Origin: Acidimicrobiales bacterium
GTDB taxonomy: Bacteria > Actinomycetota > Acidimicrobiia > Acidimicrobiales > Bog-793
Assembly: GCA_050012675.1 (NCBI GenBank)
Contig: JBEKGS010000001.1
Coordinates: forward strand, 733 to 64,732
Length of the DNA stretch: 64,000 nt
Reading direction: 5' to 3'
Shown: positions 1 to 7,019 of the stretch, piece after piece
Layout: each line of letters opens with the position of its first letter
Position numbering within the stretch: the first letter of the stretch is position 1
Notes under the pieces: generated by a model
Told to the model about the DNA's origin: nothing
What the model saw: only the letters and a program-made list of their open reading frames with translations
Database searches by the model: none
Translations under genes and position numbers: made by a program

Positions 1-553
1 GCTCGTGGAAGCGCCAGAGCACCCCGACGCGGTGATTCGCGAGATGCGCCAGCCAGTTGCAACCGTCCATTGCCACAAGGATCATGGCGATCACTACCCA
101 ACGAGGAAGCAAGCCGATCCTCGGCACGACAATCCAAGGGATGGATCTGCGCGCAGCCTCGGCAAACGAAAGGCTGAGCGCCGTGACAAGAGGCACGACG
201 AGCGTCGCGTTCAATACGGTGTAGAGGAGGTCCTGGCGGTAGCCGCGAGCAAAGATGGGTCGTCGCTGCGCGGGGTGCAAACGCTCCGCAACTAAGAGGA
301 CACCGAGTACCACAAGAGTGACGGGGCCGACGACTACTACGCGAAGACCGGTCATTGATGCGGCGAAACTTGTACCGCCCCAACGACTCGACCAACCGAT
401 CGCGATCAGGGCGGCGGCGACCGCGACAATCGAGAACGCCGGTAAGTAGACGCGCGATGAGAGTGAGACCAGCGATCCGTTCGCCTCCCGTGTCCCGCGC
501 GTCCCTCGCAAGGAAACACGGGAGCGGACAGGTGAAGCTACCAAGGACGACAT
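1..553 (-). CDS. fatty acid hydroxylase / sterol desaturase family membrane protein (N-terminal part; gene runs off the window start)
   Basis: I translated the minus strand from the ATG at 553, which has an AAAGGAG SD 5 nt upstream. The product reads MSSLVASPV..., then hydrophobic segments, then LAHLANHRVGVLWRFHE (first His box of the FA_hydroxylase family). The ORF is still open at position 1, so it is absent from the supplied track. Confidence 0.6.
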   Translation of the reverse strand, partial: MSSLVASPVRSRVSLRGTRGTREANGSLVSLSSRVYLPAFSIVAVAAALIAIGWSSRWGGTSFAASMTGLRVVVVGPVTLVVLGVLLVAERLHPAQRRPIFARGYRQDLLYTVLNATLVVPLVTALSLSFAEAARRSIPWIVVPRIGLLPRWVVIAMILVAMDGCNWLAHLANHRVGVLWRFHE

Positions 554-581
554 GAAGGCTCCTTTACCTACAACAGGGACG

Positions 582-1124
582 CTAGAAGCCGCCTCCGCCG
601 CCACTCGGGCTCGTCGTGGTTGTTGTCCCGCCGGAGCCAGAACTCGGTTGCTTCAACACAACGACAGACCACTTTCCCCAGGTATCTGTGCCAACTCCGT
701 TGACCTGACCGGCGGCGGTGTCCTTGAAGAACCAGTAGAGCGCCTTCCCGGAGTAGGTCACCTGCAGCACACCGCCAGCCCGCTTGACGGTGCCGAGCTT
801 CGCGGCGCTCACTCCCGTCCCTGCCGTCGCCTTCGTCACGCCCTTGGGAAGCAGGACCTCAGGCCAGATCTTCAAGCAACTGGCGGTGCAGGCGATGGTG
901 CTCGGCTTCAGTGTGTAGAGTGTCCTGCCGCTCACGAGGATCGTCCCGTACTTCGCGTTCTTCGCGGTCGAAATGACGACGCCCTTGGTCGCGTGGCTGG
1001 AAGCATGTGCAGCATCGGGGGCCAAGACGAATGCGAACGAGCCGAGAACGGCCACGGCGGCCACTGTGATGCGTCTTAGGAAGACTCGGGGAGTTGTCCG
1101 ACTGTCGTGCTTCGTGAGTTTCAT
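582..1124 (-). CDS. secreted protein with COG4315/PF03640-type repeats (Yx[FWY]xxD motif)
   Basis: The internal ATG at 1124 of track ORF 582..1376 is preceded by a GAGGAG SD. The N-terminus MKLTKHDSRTTPRVFLRRITVAAVAVLGSFAFVLAPDAAHA is a signal peptide. The repeats GRTLYTLKPS...CTASCLKIWP and GKALYWFFKDTAAGQVNG match the family pattern. Confidence 0.75.
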   Translation of the reverse strand: MKLTKHDSRTTPRVFLRRITVAAVAVLGSFAFVLAPDAAHASSHATKGVVISTAKNAKYGTILVSGRTLYTLKPSTIACTASCLKIWPEVLLPKGVTKATAGTGVSAAKLGTVKRAGGVLQVTYSGKALYWFFKDTAAGQVNGVGTDTWGKWSVVVLKQPSSGSGGTTTTTSPSGGGGGF

Positions 1125-1531
1125 GTCGCTTGTCTCCTCATGCTCTCGGATGTCGTAACTACGGGATAGCTCGCCTAGCGGATGGCTACTCGAAGGGAAT
1201 CTTCGCCACTTGTGCGTTCTCCGCTGTTCAGGTCTACGTAAGAATCCCGACAAGAGATTGCTCCAGTGAGCTCGTCTTGCTTTCGCCCGGGCGAACCACG
1301 CGTTCGGCGATGGTTCGGACCATCTCCGGCAGTCCGATGTCACTTGATCGGATGTGGCCGCGCCTGCGCCGCGCAAGGGCGTTCAGTTCACGCCGGGGGA
1401 AAGCGCCTCTTCCGTTGACCCACCTGGGGGACGACGCGAAAGTCGCGACGGGAACGGCGTCATCGGTACTCGCAATCGGTCGACACCCGGCGGCCTCGGG
1501 AATACGGGTGACTGGTTGACCGTTGTTGCTA

Positions 1532-1545
1532 AACGATATATCGTT
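1532..1545. promoter_or_regulatory. perfect 14-bp palindrome AACGATATATCGTT, candidate PadR operator
   Basis: The palindrome is seen directly in the sequence about 90 nt upstream of the PadR start, in an otherwise GC-rich region. It is followed by a partial repeat, ACATATCGTG. Confidence 0.4.
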
Positions 1546-1636
1546 ACATATCGTGAGCGGTCGGCAGATCCGCTTCCACATACTTCGGCACCGGCCGCCG
1601 GCCGGACCGGAACGAGAGTTCAAGGAGAACAACCTG

Positions 1637-2332
1637 ATGCATGGACACAAGAGATTCGATGACACCAATGCCGGCCCCGAAGGAGGACCGGGTTTCCCCG
1701 GTCGCCGTGACCGGTACGACCGCCTCGGCGGCGCTTCCCGAGGACGGATGGGCGGCCGCGGCAGAGGATGGGAGGACGCCTTCGGCTTCGGAGGCGGGCG
1801 CCACGGGGCCTTCGGTCCGGGATTCGGGCCCCCGATGTTCGGGCGGGGCCCGAGGCGGGAACGGGGGGACGTGCGAGCGGCCATCCTCGCCCTGCTGGCC
1901 GAGGAGCCGATGCACGGCTACCAGATCATCACCGAGCTCACGGAGCGTAGTGGTGGCGTCTGGCAGCCCAGCCCCGGTTCGGTCTACCCGACCCTCCAGG
2001 CCCTGGAGGACCAGGGACTGGTCACCGCGGACAAGAGCGAGGGGCGCAGGGTCTTCAGCCTGACTGCCGAGGGCCGCACGGCGGCGGAGGAGGCCGCTGA
2101 CGGCCCAGCGCCGTGGGAGCGCGCGGCACGGGGAGCCGACCGCTCCCTGCTCGACCTGCGGGGTCTCATGTTCGAGGTCGCTGCGGCCACCTTGCAGGTA
2201 AGCCGCTCCGGCGGCGAGAGCCAGGTGAAGGCGGTCGGCGAGATTCTCGCCGACACCCGCCGACGCATCTACCTGGTGTTAGCGGACGGCGCCCCGGCCA
2301 CCGACGACGGGGCCGCCGAGCCCGCTTCCTGA
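1637..2332 (+). CDS. PadR family transcriptional regulator with Gly/Arg-rich N-terminal tail
   Basis: The ATG at 1637 has an AAGGAG SD. The winged-helix core LALLAEEPMHGYQIITELTERSGGVWQPSPGSVYPTLQALEDQGLV is typical of PadR. Confidence 0.85.
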   Translation: MHGHKRFDDTNAGPEGGPGFPGRRDRYDRLGGASRGRMGGRGRGWEDAFGFGGGRHGAFGPGFGPPMFGRGPRRERGDVRAAILALLAEEPMHGYQIITELTERSGGVWQPSPGSVYPTLQALEDQGLVTADKSEGRRVFSLTAEGRTAAEEAADGPAPWERAARGADRSLLDLRGLMFEVAAATLQVSRSGGESQVKAVGEILADTRRRIYLVLADGAPATDDGAAEPAS

Positions 2333-2370
2333 GTCCGGACACCGATCGGCTTGCCGAGCGTCGGCGGGCT

Positions 2371-2402
2371 ACCGCTCTTCCGGATCCGTCCGGGAGAGCG
2401 GT
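2371..2402. terminator. strong hairpin between convergent genes (putative bidirectional, U-tract-less terminator)
   Basis: ACCGCTCTTCCGGA-TCCG-TCCGGGAGAGCGGT forms a 14-bp stem with one G:U (plus strand) or C:A (minus strand) position and a tetraloop. It sits 40 nt after the PadR stop and about 155 nt after the lyase-like stop. There is no U-tract. Confidence 0.4.
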
Positions 2403-2558
2403 GCTCGGTCATGGCGGTACCACCTGGTCAGCGACCACGGCGTGTGTGAGGGTGCATTTCAAGGCCCCATTGCAGGGTGTTTTCGTTGGCACGGGGTCAA
2501 TCACAGTCTTCGGACCGCTCAAGCCGATCCGGGGCAGAGACTTCGAAGGCAGACTCCG

Positions 2559-4007
2559 TCATTCCCTGACAGTCGCCGAGAACTCGCCCTTGCGTACGGC
2601 GTCGACAAGCGGCTCGAGATCGGCGGGTAGAGACGGCACCTCGGCCGTTGCCGGCACGTGAGTGCGAACTACGCCGTAGGCGATTGCGGTTCCGCGACCG
2701 AGCCGTCCGATCTGCCGGAGATCGATCGCCTGCGATGCCACGGTCATCTCGACGGCGACCAGGCGGCAGATTAGCGACACGACCTCGTCGAGGCGACGAG
2801 CCGATAGTGGAGCCATCGTTGTGCGGTCTTCGATGCCGTCGGCCTTGGTCGAGCTGACCAGTTCGTAGGAGACGGGTTGGGCGAGTAGGCGCGCCTCGGC
2901 TGCGAACGACTGAGCGGCTACGGCCATCTCGGCGAGGCCGTCGTCGCCTGTCTCCGGCTGGTCCGATAGCCCAGCCGGAAGTCCGGAGAACGGACTCTGG
3001 AGCATTTTGACGGTCCTTTCAGCGGCAGAGGTAGCAGCAGGAGCGAGACCGATGCGGGCGAAGTCGACGGCGGCGGACATCGCCACGACGTCGAAGTTGC
3101 CTACGGACACAACGGACTGTTCGGAAAGAACCACGACCGGATTGCCCTGCGAGGAGTTGAGCTCCCGCTCGACGACCTCTCGCGCGTAGCTGATGGCGTC
3201 GCGCGCCGCACCGTGGACCTGGGGAACGCAACGGAACGTGAGCGGATCCTGCAAGTTGCGGGCCACTCCAACTTCCCAGAGGACGCTTCCCGCTAGCGCC
3301 TTGCGAACGTTCGACAAGGATTTGCTCACGCCCGGCGAGTGCCGTGTCTCGGCGACGACGGGGTGGAGAGAGGCCACATTGCCGGCGAAAGCCTCGAAGT
3401 CAAGGGCGGCGGCCAGATCCATGGTGTCGAGCAGTTGCTCGGCCCGGAAGACGGCAAGTGCAGAGCAGCCCGTGGAGAATGCATTGTTGTCGATGAGGGC
3501 GAGGCCCTCGTTCTCCTCCAGCTCATAGCCGGCCCACTCCACGACCCAGTTGGCCAAATCGGCCAGTGGGCCAAGATCAGCCTCGCCGATGGAGCCGAGC
3601 GTGCGCACTGGCGGCTCGACCTGTTGGCGGAGCGCCTCGACGAGAAGATCGGCAAGTTCGGGCCGCACACCGGACACGCCGATTGCAAAGACGTTGGCTA
3701 GCACGAGGAGCGTGGCGCGCACCTGTGCCACTGACGCGGCTGGACCTTGGGCGACACGGTGAGTCCGAAGGATTGACCTGTTGAATCGCACCCGGTCGTC
3801 GACTCGGAGCGTGATCCGCTTACGCTCGGCCACACCGGTGGTCAGTCCGTATACCTGATCGCCACGAGAGAGCGCGGCTAGAACGACTTCGCGATGCGCC
3901 TGCATGCGCTCACGGATTCCAGCCGCCAGGGCGACCTCTTCATTCCGAAGGGCGACTGAGACCACGTCTTCCAGGCTGAGCGATCGGCCGTCGAGCTCAA
4001 CTGTCAA
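2559..4007 (-). CDS. aromatic amino acid lyase (histidine ammonia-lyase) family protein lacking the MIO Ala-Ser-Gly triad
   Basis: Family blocks are present: LDGRSLSLEDV, VYGLTTG, LQDPLTFRCVPQVHGA, SQGNPVV and GNF. The MIO position reads GSIGEADLGPLA instead of GSVGASGDLAPLA. The 5' end is uncertain. TTG at 4007 gives the canonical N-terminus (M)TVELDG but has no clear SD. The track ORF extends to 4229. Confidence 0.8.
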   Translation of the reverse strand: MTVELDGRSLSLEDVVSVALRNEEVALAAGIRERMQAHREVVLAALSRGDQVYGLTTGVAERKRITLRVDDRVRFNRSILRTHRVAQGPAASVAQVRATLLVLANVFAIGVSGVRPELADLLVEALRQQVEPPVRTLGSIGEADLGPLADLANWVVEWAGYELEENEGLALIDNNAFSTGCSALAVFRAEQLLDTMDLAAALDFEAFAGNVASLHPVVAETRHSPGVSKSLSNVRKALAGSVLWEVGVARNLQDPLTFRCVPQVHGAARDAISYAREVVERELNSSQGNPVVVLSEQSVVSVGNFDVVAMSAAVDFARIGLAPAATSAAERTVKMLQSPFSGLPAGLSDQPETGDDGLAEMAVAAQSFAAEARLLAQPVSYELVSSTKADGIEDRTTMAPLSARRLDEVVSLICRLVAVEMTVASQAIDLRQIGRLGRGTAIAYGVVRTHVPATAEVPSLPADLEPLVDAVRKGEFSATVRE

Positions 4008-4533
4008 GGGGAGCCGCGACCCAGTGGCGATGCACCTCTTGCGGTACGAGACGGCACCGTTACACGTTGGCACATATTCCGAGCGTCGTCGACGAACGAG
4101 GGCGAAACCGGTTTGCTGTAGGTGCCACGGCACGGACCTGGACCAACCGAGCGTGGTACAACCGGGACAATCACCTGACGTCGCTCGCGAAAGCAGTTGC
4201 TTAGGACCAACGGGCCGACGTTCGGCCAACTCCCTTCTGATTGCTCATTTCGACCGTTGCAGTTTGCTGAAGCCAGCCAGAAATCAGGCCAAGCCCGTAG
4301 ACAAGCCGAGGACGCGAGGTCGAATTGTCTTTGCCCGCTCGAAGCAGTTGCTTGGTCAGGGTAAGTATTGCTTTCACCGCAACGGTCCTGTCGTTGCTGC
4401 GCTTGTCGCGCGCGTCTTTCCCGGTGCGCGGCGTTTGGCCGTGTTCGCGTCGCTTCGCGTCCGTAGCCATTATTGCGATCGGAGGGACGGACCCCGTAGC
4501 CTGGCTGCGGAGCTGGTGGCTGAGGAGGCTCGC

Positions 4534-5406
4534 GTGACCGAGTTAGTGGCGGCCAGGACGATTGAGGAGCTCCGAGAGCTAGCCCCGACAGGTGAGCTGC
4601 TCGCTGGCGGCACGGACCTGCTTGTTCGGATCCAAGAGGGACGGAAAGTAGCTCGGCTTATAGATGTGTCCAGGTTGCTCGATGGCCCACCGGTGGTGCG
4701 CCGCGCTGATGATCTTGTGTACATCTCGGCCCTTGCTCCTCTGACGCGAGTCATTACGGAGTTGGACGGAGTGTTCCCGGGGCTGGACGCGTCGGCCCGG
4801 CTGTTCGCATCGGTGCGGATCCGCAACCGGGCCACGATCGGGGGCAATCTGGGAAATGCTTCTCCGGCCGGGGACACGATCCCGCCGCTCGTCGCTGCCG
4901 GGGCGGTCGCCGTTTTGGAGGGAGCGAACGGTAGCCGCCGCGTAACGGTTGCCGATATCGCGACAGGGCCGGGAAGGACGGTTGTTGGTCCAGATGAATG
5001 GATAGACAGGATTGAGGTCCCGTTGCCCGCAGGCGAGGAGGGCTTCCGGAAGTTCGGCACTCGCCAAGCCGACGCGATATCGATCGTCAGCTTGGCGTGG
5101 CGTTGGGAGAAGAGCCCGGACGGGACGCTCACAAACGTCTCTTTGGCCCTGGGGGCAGTCGCGCCGACGGTCGTTCGAGCCAGAACAGCGGAGGCGGCGC
5201 TCGAGGGGAGACGGCCGGAACCCCGGGTCGTCGAAGCAGCTGTTGCAGCTCTCGTCTCGGATATCTCTCCGATCGACGACTTGCGCGCGAGCGCGAGGTT
5301 TCGAAGAGAGGTCGCAGGGGTGCTGCTAAGGGAGGAGCTCGGAGTTCGAAGACGCGCGATCTCGGGACGGGCGATGTTGAGGACACCCGCGAGCAGTTCC
5401 GCCTGA
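4534..5406 (+). CDS. molybdopterin dehydrogenase FAD-binding subunit (XdhB/CutM-like)
   Basis: The GTG at 4534 has a GAGGAGG SD and lies in frame within track ORF 3904..5406. Motifs include LLAGGTDLLVR and RNRATIGGNLGNASPAGD, with a C-terminal CO_deh_flav_C-like part ending SASARFRREVA. Confidence 0.85.
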   Translation: MTELVAARTIEELRELAPTGELLAGGTDLLVRIQEGRKVARLIDVSRLLDGPPVVRRADDLVYISALAPLTRVITELDGVFPGLDASARLFASVRIRNRATIGGNLGNASPAGDTIPPLVAAGAVAVLEGANGSRRVTVADIATGPGRTVVGPDEWIDRIEVPLPAGEEGFRKFGTRQADAISIVSLAWRWEKSPDGTLTNVSLALGAVAPTVVRARTAEAALEGRRPEPRVVEAAVAALVSDISPIDDLRASARFRREVAGVLLREELGVRRRAISGRAMLRTPASSSA

Positions 5407-5514
5407 GTGCGAGCGACAAGGAGCTGTTTGGTCAGGTCCTCGCATTTGGTTGCGTGGCCGGTGGGAGCGCGCGAGCCCACTGGTAACGTTGATAAGGCAA
5501 CAGAGAGGTAGGAA

Positions 5515-6525
5515 GTGGGCGTGATGACGGCGATGTTCGAGTCCGCGGTCGACAGGGCCACGCCTTTGCCCAGCGCGCCAGGCGCACTTGAAGACGCCCA
5601 CGCCCGAGTGGTGCTCGATGACTGGGAGCGCCGTTGGTACGGGGAGCCCCGATTCAGCTACGAGCTCGTGCGTAGCTACGAGGAGGCCGTTCACGCGCTC
5701 AGAGAGCACGGCGAGGGCGCCAAGGCTCTTGCCGGCGGCCAGAGCCTTGTGCCGCTCATGAACCTGCGCGTATTGCGCCCGTCGGCACTCATAGATCTCA
5801 ACGGCATCGCCGCCATGGCACCACAGCTCGAAGGCGGTCGGCTTTCGCTCTCGGCCATGACGCGTTACTCCCAGGTGCTTTTTTCGGAACTGGCCCGATG
5901 CCAGACCCCGTTGCTGACTACGGCGATTGCCTACGTCGGGAACGTACGGGTACGTAATCGGGGCACGATCGGCGGTGCTCTCGCACATGGCCAAGCGACA
6001 TCCGAGCTAGCCGCGGTCGCATTGGCGCTCGGAGGCGAGATTCTGGCGTACGGTCCAACCGGAACCCGAGTGATCGACGCGGAGGAGTTCTTCGTCGGGC
6101 ACTTGAGGACAGACCTTCGTCCCGAAGAGATAGTTACCGGTCTTCGTTTGGAGGTGGCGCAGTCTCGCCAGGGCTCGAGCTTCAGGGAGCTGGCACGACG
6201 CAGTGGCGCAGAAGCGATCGCGGGGGTTGCCGCGCACGTCACGCTCTCGCCCGAGCGCGACGTGATCGGCGGCGTCCGCCTGGGTCTCATCGGTGTCGAC
6301 GAACGTCCTGTCGCGGGCGACAGGACCGTTCTCTCGTCCCTGCTTGGCAGGATCCCGACGCCCGCGGAGATCGACGAGGTAGCTTCAGACGTGACTGCGC
6401 GTACGGCTCCGGTGACAGATTCGCAGTCGTCGGCCTCGTATCGCCGTCGACTGGTGAGGGTGCTGATACGTCGCGCCTTGACGGAGGCGCTGCAGCGTGC
6501 CGAGGAGAGAGCGTCGGCCGGATGA
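5515..6525 (+). CDS. second FAD-binding subunit (CoxM-like)
   Basis: Motifs include ALAGGQSLVPLMNLR, RNRGTIGGALAHG and SASYRRRLVRVL. Its stop overlaps the start of the next gene. Confidence 0.85.
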   Translation: MGVMTAMFESAVDRATPLPSAPGALEDAHARVVLDDWERRWYGEPRFSYELVRSYEEAVHALREHGEGAKALAGGQSLVPLMNLRVLRPSALIDLNGIAAMAPQLEGGRLSLSAMTRYSQVLFSELARCQTPLLTTAIAYVGNVRVRNRGTIGGALAHGQATSELAAVALALGGEILAYGPTGTRVIDAEEFFVGHLRTDLRPEEIVTGLRLEVAQSRQGSSFRELARRSGAEAIAGVAAHVTLSPERDVIGGVRLGLIGVDERPVAGDRTVLSSLLGRIPTPAEIDEVASDVTARTAPVTDSQSSASYRRRLVRVLIRRALTEALQRAEERASAG

Positions 6526-7019
6526 GCGTGCAGCAGGTGACACTTCAGGTCAACGGTGTCGCACACGAGATCTCGGTGATGCCCGATGCGCTCCTGCTGG
6601 ATGTCCTGCGCGATCAGCTGGGGATGCAGGACGTCCGCTACGGCTGCGGTGAGGGAGTCTGCGGAACTTGCACGGTGCTGCTGGACGGGGAGGCGGTCAG
6701 CGGCTGTCTCGTCTATGCCGTCCAAGTCGAGTTCCGGGAGATCACGACTCTCGCCGGTCTCCTCGGGGAGGACGAGTCTTTGCATCCTCTTCAAGAGACG
6801 CTCTTGCGTCTCGGGGGAACGCAGTGTGGTTTCTGCACACCGGGCGTGATCCTGACCGCGTACAGCCTCGCCCAGCGGGTGCCTCGCCCCACGCGAGAAG
6901 AGATCCGTTGTGAATTGGGCGGGAGCCTGTGCCGCTGCACTGGCTACACCAAGATCATCGACGCGGTCGAGTCCTATCTAGACGACCGGGCCCTTGTGAG
7001 TGAGGAGACGCGAAGTTGA
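6522..7019 (+). CDS. (2Fe-2S)-binding small subunit of a molybdenum hydroxylase
   Basis: Two cysteine clusters are present: CGEGVCGTCTVLLDG...C and QCGFCTPG...CRCTGY. Confidence 0.9.
   Translation: MSVQQVTLQVNGVAHEISVMPDALLLDVLRDQLGMQDVRYGCGEGVCGTCTVLLDGEAVSGCLVYAVQVEFREITTLAGLLGEDESLHPLQETLLRLGGTQCGFCTPGVILTAYSLAQRVPRPTREEIRCELGGSLCRCTGYTKIIDAVESYLDDRALVSEETRS

Noticed and set aside
4201-4470. An 89-aa Lys/Arg-rich ORF in the lyase/Mo-hydroxylase intergenic region.
   Set aside because: It has no SD (the upstream sequence is C-rich on the mRNA) and no recognisable domain. Its composition reflects local low GC rather than coding.
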